A DNA stretch of 64,000 bases from Candidatus Omnitrophota bacterium (GCA_029560465.1 JAKQKX010000073.1:79411-143410); one strand, 5' to 3'. Positions 1-9,821 are shown, counted from the first letter of the stretch. Translations and numbers: made by a program. Notes: generated by a model not told the origin, from the sequence alone.

Positions 1-1094
1 GGTATCGCGCTATTTTGGCTTCGGAAAAGAAGATGGATGAAATTATTAAAAACGAGCTGATAGAAGTAAAGAAGATTTATGGGGACGAGAGAAGAACAGA
101 AATCGCCGCCAAAGCCGAAGAAATCGAGCTGGAAGACCTGATTGCGGAAGAAGACATGGCGATCACGATTAGCAACACAGGATATATTAAACGTTTGGGG
201 GTGGGCGCTTATCGTAAGCAGAAAAGAGGGGGAAAGGGCGTCAGCGCCATGGCGACCAAAGAAGAAGATTTTGTGAAGCAGATTTTTGTTGCTTCGTCGA
301 AAGATTATTTGCTGATATTTTCTAACAAAGGAATCGTTCGTTGGCTTAAAGTTTATGAAATCCCGATTGCTTCGCGCAGCGCGAAAGGGAAGGCGATCGT
401 GAACCTTCTTTCATTTGAAAAAGAGGAGTATATCAGCTCTATTGTCGCCGTCAAAGAGTTTCCAGAGGACCGGTATGTTGTTATGGGAACGGCGCAGGGA
501 AACGTTAAGAAAACAACGTTATCGGCTTTTGGGAACCCGCGTAAGGGAGGTATTGTCGGAATTAATTTAGACCAAGACGATTATCTGATTGGGACCGCCA
601 TTAGCGGGGGGAAACACGAAATTTTGCTGGCTACGAAACAAGGGAAGGCCCTTCGTTTTTCGGAAAAGCAGATTCGAGACATGGGCCGCGCGGCACGCGG
701 AGTGAGGGGGATTAATTTATCAAAAGGAGATATCGTTGTTTCTATGCAGGTTTTTCCTTCCGAGATTGACAGGACGGAAAGCACGTTGTTAACGGTCACG
801 GCCCTTGGCTTTGCCAAGAGGTCTTCTTTTGGGGAATACCGCATCCAATCCCGAGGAGGCAAGGGGATTATTAATGTAAAAGTAACCCCGAAAAACGGAA
901 CAGTTGTGAGCGTTTTAGGGGTCATGCCCGATGATGAGGTCATGGCTGTCACGAAGGTCGGAATGATGGTTCGCTGTCCAGTGGTTGATATCCGAGAGTC
1001 TTCGCGGAGCACGCAAGGCGTTAAGCTTATTTCTTTGCAACAAGGAGACGTTGTTATGTCTGTTGCCAATGTTGTTGCCAAAGAGGAAGAATAA
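1..1094 (+). CDS. gyrA: DNA gyrase subunit A, C-terminal domain (5'-truncated at window edge)
   Basis: Frame is open to position 1 (no upstream stop). Contains the GyrA-box 'QKRGGKG' and repeated beta-pinwheel blade segments typical of the GyrA CTD. Stop at 1092-1094. Confidence 0.85.
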   Translation, partial: YRAILASEKKMDEIIKNELIEVKKIYGDERRTEIAAKAEEIELEDLIAEEDMAITISNTGYIKRLGVGAYRKQKRGGKGVSAMATKEEDFVKQIFVASSKDYLLIFSNKGIVRWLKVYEIPIASRSAKGKAIVNLLSFEKEEYISSIVAVKEFPEDRYVVMGTAQGNVKKTTLSAFGNPRKGGIVGINLDQDDYLIGTAISGGKHEILLATKQGKALRFSEKQIRDMGRAARGVRGINLSKGDIVVSMQVFPSEIDRTESTLLTVTALGFAKRSSFGEYRIQSRGGKGIINVKVTPKNGTVVSVLGVMPDDEVMAVTKVGMMVRCPVVDIRESSRSTQGVKLISLQQGDVVMSVANVVAKEEE

Positions 1095-1201
1095 TTCCCA
1101 CGGTTCCGTGGAAACACAGAAACCCTGCGGGGCGTATTTTTTCTTGACCATAAAAGAATCTAGAATATAATAATAAAACTGTATTTTAATTTTTATCTAT
1201 C

Positions 1202-1275
1202 GACCCCATCGTCTAGCCTGGTTAGGACACAAGCTTTTCAAGCTTGCAGCGCGGGTTCAAATCCCGCTGGGGTCG
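1202..1275 (+). tRNA. tRNA-Glu (anticodon UUC)
   Basis: Hand-folded cloverleaf. Acceptor GACCCCA/TGGGGTC, anticodon loop TTTTCAA (anticodon TTC at positions 34-36), T-arm GCGGG-TTCAAAT-CCCGC, discriminator G, no encoded CCA. Strong similarity to canonical bacterial tRNA-Glu (TTCGTCTAG...AGGACAC). Confidence 0.85.
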
Positions 1276-1286
1276 CTTATATTCTT

Positions 1287-1320
1287 GGGGCCGCGAATGG
1301 GCCCCAGTTCGTTTTAAAGG
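1287..1320 (+). terminator. hairpin GGGGCC-(7 nt)-GGCCCC followed by T-rich tract, downstream of the tRNA
   Basis: Perfect 6-bp GC stem at 1287-1305 followed by 'agttcgtttt'. Seen directly in sequence. Confidence 0.4.
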
Positions 1321-1658
1321 GTTTCCAAACTTTTGCCCCCCACATCCTCTCCTCCTCCTCCGGCCCTTTCTTTTAAAAGCACAAAGGCAGAAAACACAAA
1401 AAAAGATGTTCAATCGGTTAAACATCTTATATATTTATATTATAAAAATATTTTACTCTTGGGCTTTGGAAAGACCTTGATGAGAAAGCGTTTGTCAAGG
1501 GAAAGCTGCAAGAGAATAAGTTGTGGTGCGGTTTTTCAGGCCTTTCAATTCCAAAGAGCCCTTGGCGATTTTCTGTGAGATTCTTGCGGATGTCAACGAG
1601 CGCTGTTAGCGGCGGGCCACGACATATAATAATCGTGAAGGTGTTTTATTCTTTGTTT

Positions 1659-2453
1659 ATGCGAGTTGCCGTTCTTCAAATACAGGCTCGGCCTAAAAAA
1701 TCATGCAATCTTAATAAGGTCCTGGATTTTCTTTCCGAAGCTGCCGGGAACAGGGCGGAGCTGATTGCGTTGCCGGAAGTATTTAATTACAGGGGATTTT
1801 TGAATACGAGCGACCTTCGGGAGCATGTTTTTGAAACTGTTCCTGGCCCGTCTACGTTGCCTTTGTTGGCTTTTGCGAAAAAAAAACGAGTTTCCATTTT
1901 GGCCGGGTCTGTGTATGAGAGGTCAGGTTGTTTAGAGAAGGCGTATAATACCTCGATAGCAATCAATCAGAGAGGCGAAATTATTGCCAAGTATAGAAAA
2001 AGGCACCTTTTTGATGCTAAGGTTGAATCCCGGGTTATAAAAGAAACGCAAACGTTTCTTCCTGGAACGCAAAGAAGAGTTTTTCAGATAGCCCGGTTTC
2101 GCTTCGGGATGAGCATTTGTTTTGATTTGCGATTTCCGGAACATTACCGCAAGTACGCGCAGAACGGTTGTCATGTTTTGTGTGTTCCGTCTGCCTTTAC
2201 CCAGGCCACCGGCCAGCATCATTGGGAACCGCTGCTAAAAGCGCGGGCTATTGAAAATTTAAGTTATGTTGTGGCGCCGAATCAATTCGGAAAGGACGAA
2301 TGCGGAATTGTTTGTTTTGGGCACAGCATGATTCTTTCGCCTTGGGGAGAGATTATGGCAGAAGCTTCGGCGGACAAAGAAGAAATTATTTATGCGGATT
2401 TTGATTTGAGGACAGTCCAGGAGGCTCGAGCCCGATTTTCGGGTGTATATTAA
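1659..2453 (+). CDS. carbon-nitrogen hydrolase family protein (nitrilase/omega-amidase-like)
   Basis: E-K-C catalytic triad context: 'ALPEVF' (Glu), 'KYRKRHLF' (Lys), 'GMSICFDLRFPE' (Cys). The ORF track starts at 1521, but the N-terminal 46 aa look non-coding. ATG at 1659 gives 'MRVAVLQIQA', typical of CN-hydrolase N-termini. Confidence 0.75.
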   Translation: MRVAVLQIQARPKKSCNLNKVLDFLSEAAGNRAELIALPEVFNYRGFLNTSDLREHVFETVPGPSTLPLLAFAKKKRVSILAGSVYERSGCLEKAYNTSIAINQRGEIIAKYRKRHLFDAKVESRVIKETQTFLPGTQRRVFQIARFRFGMSICFDLRFPEHYRKYAQNGCHVLCVPSAFTQATGQHHWEPLLKARAIENLSYVVAPNQFGKDECGIVCFGHSMILSPWGEIMAEASADKEEIIYADFDLRTVQEARARFSGVY

Positions 2454-2489
2454 GGAAAAAATATTATTTCAACAAAATGTATTTCTTTG

Positions 2490-2495
2490 TATAAT
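2490..2495 (+). promoter_or_regulatory. perfect -10 hexamer TATAAT 13 nt upstream of the mdh ATG (near-leaderless transcript candidate)
   Basis: TATAAT at 2490-2495. The -35 region is weak (TTCAAC). Seen in sequence. Confidence 0.3.
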
Positions 2496-2508
2496 TTAAG
2501 TATAAAAA

Positions 2509-3507
2509 ATGTATAGAAATGTAAAAATAGCGATAACTGGGGCAGCCGGCCAAATTGGCTATGCTTTTCTTTTCCGGCTTGCTTCTGGTGAAGTTTTTGG
2601 TCCGGACACAGATATTCACCTTTCCTTGCTCGAAATCGAGCCAGCGTTGCCCGCATTGAAAGGAACGGTTATGGAATTGCAGGATTGTGCTTTCCCTCGC
2701 CTGAAATCTATTACCGCCACGTCCGTTGTCCAAGAGGCTTTTTGTGATGCTGATTGGGCGGTTTTGATCGGAAGCGTGCCCAGGAAAGCCGGAATGGAAC
2801 GGGGAGATTTATTAAAAATTAATGGAAGGATTTTTATAGAACAGGGCAAAGCACTTGACCAGTATGCCAAAAAATCTTGCCGCATTTTGGTTGTTGGAAA
2901 CCCTTGTAATACAAACTGTTACATTGCTAAAGCTGTCTGTCGACATATCCCGGCCACTAACTTTTTTGCCCTTATGATGCTTGATCAAAAAAGGGCAGAG
3001 GCCCAGCTGGCTGTTAAGGCCCAAGTAGACAGCCGTTTTATTAAGAATATTGCCGTTTGGGGAAATCATTCTGCGACACAGTTTCCAGACTTTTATCACG
3101 GGGTCGTTCAAGGACGCCCGCTCGTAGATGTCATATCTGATATTAAATGGCTTAAAAATGATTTTATTGATATAATTCGGAAACGAGGGGCAGAGATTAT
3201 AAAAATTCGCGGGCAATCTTCAGCCGCCTCCGCAGCGAACGCTATTGTTGAGACAATAAAAAATTTAATCACCCCGACGGAAACAGGCGAATATTTTTCT
3301 GTTGCGGTTTCATCGGATGGCAGTTATGGGATTAACAAAGGGTTAATTTTTGGCTTTCCAGTTCAATCAGAAGGGACTCATTGGAGTATCGTGACAGGGT
3401 TGGAGCACGATGCGTTTGCTCAAGAGAAAATTGAAACGACAAAACAGGAGCTCTTAAAAGAACAAAAGGAGGTTGAATTTTTGTTCCCAAATATTTTTAA
3501 ATATTAA
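2509..3507 (+). CDS. mdh: malate dehydrogenase (NAD-dependent, LDH/MDH family type 2)
   Basis: N-terminal Rossmann motif 'KIAITGAAGQIGYA', 'VVGNPCNTNC' (cf. VVGNPANTNA), and 'GNHS' catalytic-His region. Length 332 aa. Confidence 0.85.
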   Translation: MYRNVKIAITGAAGQIGYAFLFRLASGEVFGPDTDIHLSLLEIEPALPALKGTVMELQDCAFPRLKSITATSVVQEAFCDADWAVLIGSVPRKAGMERGDLLKINGRIFIEQGKALDQYAKKSCRILVVGNPCNTNCYIAKAVCRHIPATNFFALMMLDQKRAEAQLAVKAQVDSRFIKNIAVWGNHSATQFPDFYHGVVQGRPLVDVISDIKWLKNDFIDIIRKRGAEIIKIRGQSSAASAANAIVETIKNLITPTETGEYFSVAVSSDGSYGINKGLIFGFPVQSEGTHWSIVTGLEHDAFAQEKIETTKQELLKEQKEVEFLFPNIFKY

Positions 3508-3625
3508 TAATAATATTAATATTAAATAAATAAAATTAATTATTAAAAAAATTGGCTTTCCGCTTGTTTTTTGATATTTCAAAGGGTATACTTACATTTG
3601 TAACACAGTAACTTAAGGAGGAGAT

Positions 3626-4639
3626 ATGTTGCATAATAAACAAAAATTGACAATCGTAGTTGGCTTTTTTTTATTTGTGTTTGCTTTTGGGTGTGAAAAA
3701 ACATCATCATCTCAAATCAATAATCCTCAAGCTATTAAAACCAAACCAACCACCCCTGTTCAGCTTGCGCAAAATACCGCCCCTGTTAAACAGGCGGTTG
3801 TGTCCCCTGCTCAAGCGGAAGAAAAAAAACCTGTCGCCCCTGCGGGCCTTACCAAAGAAGCTGCTCTTTCCTCACCTGTTGCCGGGAATGTTTTAGCCAA
3901 AGTCGGGACCTGGACGTTGACCATAGAGGACTTTAATGAACGGCTGGAAGCGCTAAAAGAAGTTGTTCCGGATTATGATGCCACGGATATTGAGCAGAAT
4001 AAAATGATTTTGGAAGAACTTATTCGTCAGCAACTTTTAGTGCAGGACGCAGAGAATACGGGTGTTTCTAAAAACAAAGATATAGCACAGGCTGTTGAAG
4101 AATTTCGACGCACTCTTTTGGTGAGAGAAGTAGCCAATACCCTCACGAAGGATATTTCAGTGACAGAAGAGGAAGCTAAAGAATATTATGAAGCAAATAA
4201 AGAAGAATTTATGGATCAGGCACAGTGGAGGGTTAGAGAACTTGTTTTAAATACAGAAGAGGAAGCTAAGCAGGTTTTGGTAGAGCTTTATCAAGGCGCT
4301 GATTTTGTAGAAAAGGTAAAAGAGAAATCAAAAAGCAACTCGGCTTGGCAAAAAGGAGACTTGGGATTAAAATCCGAGTTTGATTTTCCAAAAATGCAAA
4401 AGGTCGTTGAGGCCTTAGAGGTCGGAGACGTGAGCGGGGTTTTTCAAGGGCCAAATGGCTATTATATTGTTAAATTAGAGGAAAAACAAGGCGGGGAGCC
4501 TCAGGATTTTGAGGATATTAAGGAAGATATAATTACAGGGTTGACTTTATTAACACAACAACAGGCTATTTTGGGGCATTTAGAAAAGTTAAGACAGCAG
4601 ACGGATATACAAGTTAACTTAAAATTATTAGAGGAGTAG
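3626..4639 (+). CDS. SurA/PrsA-like peptidyl-prolyl cis-trans isomerase lipoprotein (parvulin-type)
   Basis: Signal peptide with lipobox 'FAFGC'. C-terminal parvulin/rotamase-like segment 'WQKGDLGLKSEFDFPKMQKVVEALEVGDVSGVFQGPNGYYIVKL'. Strong RBS AAGGAGGAG. Confidence 0.6.
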   Translation: MLHNKQKLTIVVGFFLFVFAFGCEKTSSSQINNPQAIKTKPTTPVQLAQNTAPVKQAVVSPAQAEEKKPVAPAGLTKEAALSSPVAGNVLAKVGTWTLTIEDFNERLEALKEVVPDYDATDIEQNKMILEELIRQQLLVQDAENTGVSKNKDIAQAVEEFRRTLLVREVANTLTKDISVTEEEAKEYYEANKEEFMDQAQWRVRELVLNTEEEAKQVLVELYQGADFVEKVKEKSKSNSAWQKGDLGLKSEFDFPKMQKVVEALEVGDVSGVFQGPNGYYIVKLEEKQGGEPQDFEDIKEDIITGLTLLTQQQAILGHLEKLRQQTDIQVNLKLLEE

Positions 4640-4643
4640 GCAA

Positions 4644-5447
4644 ATGAATTTAGAAAACAAGAAACAAATAGCCATTATTATTTTGGCCGTGGGGCTCGGG
4701 CTTGTGGCTTCTGTAGGAACTGGCCACTATATTCAAACCCGGGTTGACCAGGAAACGGCTAAAATATCTCAAGAATTTGAGAATAAAAAAGTTAAGCCTA
4801 TGATGCGGGAGATTGATTCTTTGCGCAAGGAAATGCAGAAGCTTGCCAGCATGCAGGCGGCCACGGCTACAAAGGTCCAAGAGCAAAAACCCTCGGAATT
4901 ACCAGCCGTTCCCAAGTCATCATTGGCGTTGCGTACTCCTGCGGGGAAGCGGGCTTATACCGTCCGCATCGATTCTTTATCGGCCGTTGGTGGTTTGGTC
5001 AATCCAGGGGATTATATTGATGTGATTGCGCACATGGATATCCCCGACCCGGTTTCTAATTCTAATCAAAATGTGTCTTCCATGGTTTTTCAGAATATTC
5101 AGATATTGGCGGTCGGGACGAACCTTCAGGCGCCGGGCGGGTATGAACAGCAGCAGACCGCAAGGGCGCTTAATATTACGTTTGCGTTAACTCCGGAAGA
5201 AGCCAGTTTGATGTCTTTTATTGAAAAACACGGGAGAATGCAACTTATTCTTCGCGCTCCCGCTGAAACAGAAACGGAAATTATTCAGGCGGCATCCTGG
5301 AGCGCGTTAGCCGATTATGTGTTTGAAAAACAAGGAACGGAGTTAATAATTCCTAAAGAAAGAGCGGTTATTCAGCCTGTTTCTACCGGTCGAGTTGATG
5401 AAGTGAAGCCGTTTATTCAAATCTTTCAGGGAGGCAGAAGCCTTTAA
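4644..5447 (+). CDS. cpaB: Flp pilus assembly protein CpaB/RcpC-like
   Basis: N-terminal TM anchor. Conserved CpaB-like blocks 'AYTVRIDSLSAVGGLVNPGDYIDVIAHM', 'QNIQILAVGTN', 'ITFALTPEEASLMSFIEKHGRMQLILR'. Lies immediately upstream of a secretin. Confidence 0.65.
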   Translation: MNLENKKQIAIIILAVGLGLVASVGTGHYIQTRVDQETAKISQEFENKKVKPMMREIDSLRKEMQKLASMQAATATKVQEQKPSELPAVPKSSLALRTPAGKRAYTVRIDSLSAVGGLVNPGDYIDVIAHMDIPDPVSNSNQNVSSMVFQNIQILAVGTNLQAPGGYEQQQTARALNITFALTPEEASLMSFIEKHGRMQLILRAPAETETEIIQAASWSALADYVFEKQGTELIIPKERAVIQPVSTGRVDEVKPFIQIFQGGRSL

Positions 5448-5535
5448 AACGGCTGGCTTTTTAGAGCATCCCGATGATTTGAGGTTAGTGTGGGGTTTTT
5501 CGGATAAATTATTCTGATGGCAAGGGAGTGATTGT

Positions 5536-7479
5536 ATGCACAAAATAACTAGTACTAAACAATTAATCGTTAGGGGTGTTCTGGTTCTCTGTTTTATTGT
5601 ATCTCAAATTTCCGTGACTCCGGCCCTGGCTCAGGTTCAGGAGGTTTTTGATTCTGCGGAGACACAGGATGTTTATTTGTATAAAGGGGACCTGATTTCG
5701 TTAAAAGTGTATCAACTGACAAGAATCGCCATTAGTACGCCGGGTATAGTAGAGATTGCGAACGCGGATATTGACGAATTGCTTATCGTTGGGCAACAAA
5801 TAGGAGAAACGCGGCTGTTTATTTGGGATGAATATGGGAAAAGACAGGTTTTTGTCCGGGTTTTACCTGAAGATTTGGATGCGATTATGGCGCGCATACA
5901 AAGGCTGTTGGACGCTATCGGGGTCTCGACGGTTAAAATGGAAAAAAATGTTTTTGAACGAAAAATTGTTTTAACCGGGACTGTTCTTAGTCAAAAAGAA
6001 GCGGCTCTTAATAAGGTGTTGGACCCTTTTGAGAGCATTGTCTTTAATTATGTGGACGTATATAGCGAGCTTATACAGATTGATGTGCAGATTTCAGAGT
6101 TGAACACAACGATACAAAAGGCGTTGGGGATTGATTGGAACACCGGCGCTGACGGGATGATTCTGGCTTATGAGGAAACGATGCCCGCCTTTGATGGCAG
6201 CGTTAAGGATTTGTTCAAGATCGGAGATTTTCGAAGAACTTCCGCTATCCAGGCGATTGTGACGGCGCTCATTGCGGAAGGGGAGGCTAGAATTTTGTCG
6301 AAGCCCAGCATTGTGGTTAAAAATGGGGAACAAGCATCGTTTCTCGTTGGCGGGGAAATTCCGGTGAGGAGCACCACAACCTCTACGGGAGGAGCCAGCG
6401 TTCAAGAAAATGTAGAGTATACATCTTATGGGATTGATGTTAAAGTCACGCCGGAGATTGTTGGGGAAAAAATCGAAATTAAATTAGCAGTCGCGATCAG
6501 AGATATTGATGCTTCCAATGCTGTTGGAGAGAACGTGGCGTTTACGAGCAGGAACGCAGACACAACGCTTTTTTTGGATGACGGACAAACCATTGTTTTG
6601 GCGGGGCTTATTAAACACAATAAAGCAGAGACCGTTTCCGGTGTCCCGTTTTTACGAAGGATCCCGATTGTCGGCTTTTTATTCCGCAACAAAAACTGGC
6701 CGACGGACTCAGAGCAGGAAGTGGTTATTTCTATGACGCCCAGGATCGTAACGCAGAAAAATATGAATTTCGAAAACAGGGAGATTCGCAAGAAATATTC
6801 TATAGCGGAAGATTTATATCAAGAAGAAGCCGGGCTGGTGGCGGAAGCAAGTCCGAGGAAGACAGCGGAGAAAAAACAGCCGGTTGATGACGAAGTAAGT
6901 TCTGATAAGCTGGATTCTATATCGGACGAAATTGACGCTATCCTCGCCGAAGATTTAGAAGATGTCGACGACTTTCCTGTTTCGGAAGAGTTAACCGATC
7001 AGGAAATGGACGCGATGGTCTCCGGGGAAGATGCGGTGGTTGCGGACCTGGTGGAAGAGGCTGACGCTGATGCGTCTCAGTCAGAGCCTGAAATCGAGGA
7101 AGAAGCGCCGTTACCCGAGCCTTCAGTTGAAGAAGGCGTGAGCATTGATGAGGCAACGTCTCAAGCCATTACGGAATATGTTCAAACGGTTCAGAAGAAG
7201 ATTTCTAGGGCGATCTCTTTTCCCATGGAGGCCAAAGAGCATGGATGGGAAGGAACGGTTGTTCTTTCGTTGGTTATTTTAAACGACGGCACGCTAAACG
7301 ACGCGCGTGTTCAAACGTCTTCAGGGCACGAGGCTTTTGATAAAGACGCTATTAATACGGCGCGCATTTTAGCCCCGTTTTCCTCTTTCCCCGAGGCATT
7401 GAAATTAGAAGAATTGGTTGTAACCATACCGATTGTTTACAGCCAGGAAGCTGTATTAGAGGGAGCGGGCGCAGAATAA
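5536..7479 (+). CDS. cpaC: Tad/T2SS-type secretin (CpaC/RcpA-like) with acidic linker and C-terminal TonB_C-like domain
   Basis: Secretin core 'ILSKPSIVVKNGEQASFLVGGEIPV...DGQTIVLAGLIKHNKAETVSGVPFLRRIPIVGFLFRN...EVVISMTPRIV'. Followed by a D/E-rich linker, then 'YVQTVQKKISRAISFPMEAKEHGWEGTVVLSLVILNDGTLNDARVQTSSGHEAFDKDAINTA', matching the TonB C-terminal domain consensus (Y..I...YP..A...G.EG.V....I..DG.V.D..V..SSG...LD.AA). Confidence 0.8.
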   Translation: MHKITSTKQLIVRGVLVLCFIVSQISVTPALAQVQEVFDSAETQDVYLYKGDLISLKVYQLTRIAISTPGIVEIANADIDELLIVGQQIGETRLFIWDEYGKRQVFVRVLPEDLDAIMARIQRLLDAIGVSTVKMEKNVFERKIVLTGTVLSQKEAALNKVLDPFESIVFNYVDVYSELIQIDVQISELNTTIQKALGIDWNTGADGMILAYEETMPAFDGSVKDLFKIGDFRRTSAIQAIVTALIAEGEARILSKPSIVVKNGEQASFLVGGEIPVRSTTTSTGGASVQENVEYTSYGIDVKVTPEIVGEKIEIKLAVAIRDIDASNAVGENVAFTSRNADTTLFLDDGQTIVLAGLIKHNKAETVSGVPFLRRIPIVGFLFRNKNWPTDSEQEVVISMTPRIVTQKNMNFENREIRKKYSIAEDLYQEEAGLVAEASPRKTAEKKQPVDDEVSSDKLDSISDEIDAILAEDLEDVDDFPVSEELTDQEMDAMVSGEDAVVADLVEEADADASQSEPEIEEEAPLPEPSVEEGVSIDEATSQAITEYVQTVQKKISRAISFPMEAKEHGWEGTVVLSLVILNDGTLNDARVQTSSGHEAFDKDAINTARILAPFSSFPEALKLEELVVTIPIVYSQEAVLEGAGAE

Positions 7480-7658
7480 AATTTAGTTTGTTTCGAAGCG
7501 TCCGTTGAGGGAAAAATGGCCTGCCCTTTCCTTTTCAAGAGGGGATGCTTCGATTTCCTTCCAAAGAATTCTTGCCAAAAGCAATTTTCGTTTGTATACT
7601 AAAAACTATTAGTTAAAAGATGTTTTTAAAAACAATCGTAGGGAGCTCTTAAAATTTA

Positions 7659-9821
7659 ATGAGTTCAAAAATAGTTACTATTTTTAGCAACAAAGGCGGT
7701 GTTGGAAAAACGTTTGTCAGCGTTAATTTGGCAACCGCTTTAGCCTTGTCTGGAAAGCGGGTTTTGTTGCTTGATATGGATTTTCAGGCCGCGCATGATA
7801 TGGCCCGCATGTTAAATTTGGCGCCCAGAAACAGCTTGGTTAATTTGTTGGCTGAAATAGAAAAGAGCGAAGATGCCGAGGTCATCAAAAAGTACGTGAG
7901 CTCTCATTCCAGCGGGTTGGATTTTCTCCCGGGCGTTTTGCATGCCAAGCAAGCAGGACACATCTCTTCCGATAATATTAAACCTTTTTTTAGAAAGGTC
8001 GGCCAGGTTTACGACTTTATCATTGTTGATGTTGGGAAATTATTCAGTGAGACAATGTTAACGGTTCTTGACCACTGCAATGTTATTTTTCTTGTCGCGA
8101 CGCCTGATGTTTTGGCCGTCTATCAGGTGAAGTGGTGTTTGGAGATGTTGCAAAGCCTGCATTTTCCTTTAAAGATGGTTAAGCTGATTTTAAACCGGGC
8201 AGAAAGCCGAGGAGGTGTTGCTTGGCAGGAGGTCCGGTCTGCTTTGGCCTGCGAAATTTTTTCTCGCATTCCTTCCGACGGGCGCGCTGTCGGCATGGCC
8301 TTAAATCGCGGGATTCCCGTTATTATCGATTCTCCCAAGAGCCCGGTAACCGAAGCGTTTAGCCGGATGGTTAATGACCTGAAAAAAGAAGAACTTTTTG
8401 TCCAGGCTTTTGAGATTGAACGGGAAAGGACCACTGAAGGACTGGATAAATCCGGGAAGTTTTGGGAAAAATTTGGCATTACACCACAAAATATTCCAGG
8501 AGGCGTTTTTTCAAAAGAAGAGGATGAAATTACTTCCCTAAAAAGAAGGATTCATGAAAAATTGGTCAGCAGGCTTAATATTGAAGATTTAAGCCCGGAC
8601 AACCTCAGCGACCCCGCCAAAGCGGCGGAACTTAAGGATGATGCCAGAAAAATTGTCAGCAATTTGCTCATTGAAGAAAAAGGAGCGATGATCTCTTCTC
8701 ATGAAGAACGGCGACGCCTTGTTAAAGAAATTGTGGACGAAGCGTTGGGGTTAGGGGCGTTAGAAGAGTTTTTGGCTGACCCCGATGTTTCAGATATTAT
8801 GGGAAACAATAAAGATGAATTATATATTGAAAAACACGGGAAGCTCATTTTAACAAACAGAAAGTTTGTTTCCGACCAGCAGATGAGGGCTATTATTGAC
8901 CGCATTATTGCCCCTTTGGGCCGGCGTATCGATGAATCAACTCCTATGGTGGACGCGCGGCTTCCGGATGGATCACGGTTTAATGCCATTATCCCCCCGC
9001 TTTCTTTGAATGGCCCGATGATTACGATCCGTAAATTTGGGGCGGAGCGATTAGACGTCGAAGACCTCGAACAAAAATATCGCAGCTTTAGCAAAACGAT
9101 GAGAGAACTTTTGCAGGCCTGTGTCTTGGCGAGAAAGAATATTATTGTGTCGGGAGGAACCGGGTCCGGGAAGACCACCTTGTTGAATGTTATTTCGCAG
9201 TTTATTCCGGACAATGAGCGCATTATTACGATCGAGGATGCTGCGGAATTGCGGTTAAAAAAGAGCCATTGGGGAAGGCTCGAATCCCGCCCGACCAACA
9301 TTGAGGGGAAAGGCGCGGTGACCATCCGGGACCTCTTTATAAATTCTTTACGTATGCGTCCGGACCGGATTCTTATCGGGGAGTGTCGAGGTCCAGAAGT
9401 CCTGGATATGTTGCAGGCCATGAATACGGGCCATGATGGATCCATGACCACCTTGCATGCCAACTCTACCCGGGATGTTTTAGTCCGCATGAGTTCCATG
9501 ATCCTGCTTAGCGGAATCGAATTGCCGGTGAGAGCTATTAATGAAATGATCGCATCCGCCATAGACCTTGTGGTTCATGTGGCCAGATTTTCCGATGGAT
9601 CCAGAAAAATTACAGGGATAACAGAGGTTGTTGGCCTTACCAGTGAACACGCCTTGGATTTGCGGGACATTTTTATTTTTAATCAGAAAGGCATTGATGA
9701 AAACGGAACAATTATTGGAGATTTCGAAGCCACGGGGTATGTTCCGAAATGTTTTGAAGATTTCGTGACGATGGGGCTTTCTATTGACAAGACGATGTTT
9801 GTTAAACCCTCCAAAAGCTAG
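7659..9821 (+). CDS. fused CpaE/TadZ-like (ParA/MinD-family) + CpaF/TadA (VirB11-family secretion ATPase)
   Basis: N-terminal deviant Walker A 'SNKGGVGKT' (MinD/ParA class). C-terminal 'SGGTGSGKTTLLN' Walker A at ~9155-9180, 'RILIGECRG' and 'GHDGSMTTLHANS' typical of TadA/CpaF. One continuous 720-aa ORF. Confidence 0.8.
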   Translation: MSSKIVTIFSNKGGVGKTFVSVNLATALALSGKRVLLLDMDFQAAHDMARMLNLAPRNSLVNLLAEIEKSEDAEVIKKYVSSHSSGLDFLPGVLHAKQAGHISSDNIKPFFRKVGQVYDFIIVDVGKLFSETMLTVLDHCNVIFLVATPDVLAVYQVKWCLEMLQSLHFPLKMVKLILNRAESRGGVAWQEVRSALACEIFSRIPSDGRAVGMALNRGIPVIIDSPKSPVTEAFSRMVNDLKKEELFVQAFEIERERTTEGLDKSGKFWEKFGITPQNIPGGVFSKEEDEITSLKRRIHEKLVSRLNIEDLSPDNLSDPAKAAELKDDARKIVSNLLIEEKGAMISSHEERRRLVKEIVDEALGLGALEEFLADPDVSDIMGNNKDELYIEKHGKLILTNRKFVSDQQMRAIIDRIIAPLGRRIDESTPMVDARLPDGSRFNAIIPPLSLNGPMITIRKFGAERLDVEDLEQKYRSFSKTMRELLQACVLARKNIIVSGGTGSGKTTLLNVISQFIPDNERIITIEDAAELRLKKSHWGRLESRPTNIEGKGAVTIRDLFINSLRMRPDRILIGECRGPEVLDMLQAMNTGHDGSMTTLHANSTRDVLVRMSSMILLSGIELPVRAINEMIASAIDLVVHVARFSDGSRKITGITEVVGLTSEHALDLRDIFIFNQKGIDENGTIIGDFEATGYVPKCFEDFVTMGLSIDKTMFVKPSKS

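Noticed and set aside
1103-1141. Short hairpins (CCACG-gttc-CGTGG and CCC-tgc-GGG plus T6) after the gyrA stop as a terminator
   Set aside because: The stems are too short or weak to call confidently by eye. The stronger GC hairpin after the tRNA (1287-1305) was reported instead.
581-1151. - strand ORFs of 178 aa and 78 aa
   Set aside because: Antisense to the gyrA C-terminal domain, which has the diagnostic GyrA-box.
1521-1658. Upstream extension of the CN-hydrolase ORF to the 1521 start given by the ORF track
   Set aside because: The extra 46 aa (MWCGFSGLSIPKSPWRFSVRFLRMSTSAVSGG...) look non-coding and overlap an AT-rich promoter-like region. ATG 1659 gives a canonical 'MRVAVLQ' N-terminus.
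8699-9562. 287-aa - strand ORF
   Set aside because: Antisense to the well-supported CpaF/TadA ATPase core (Walker A at ~9160). Shadow ORF.
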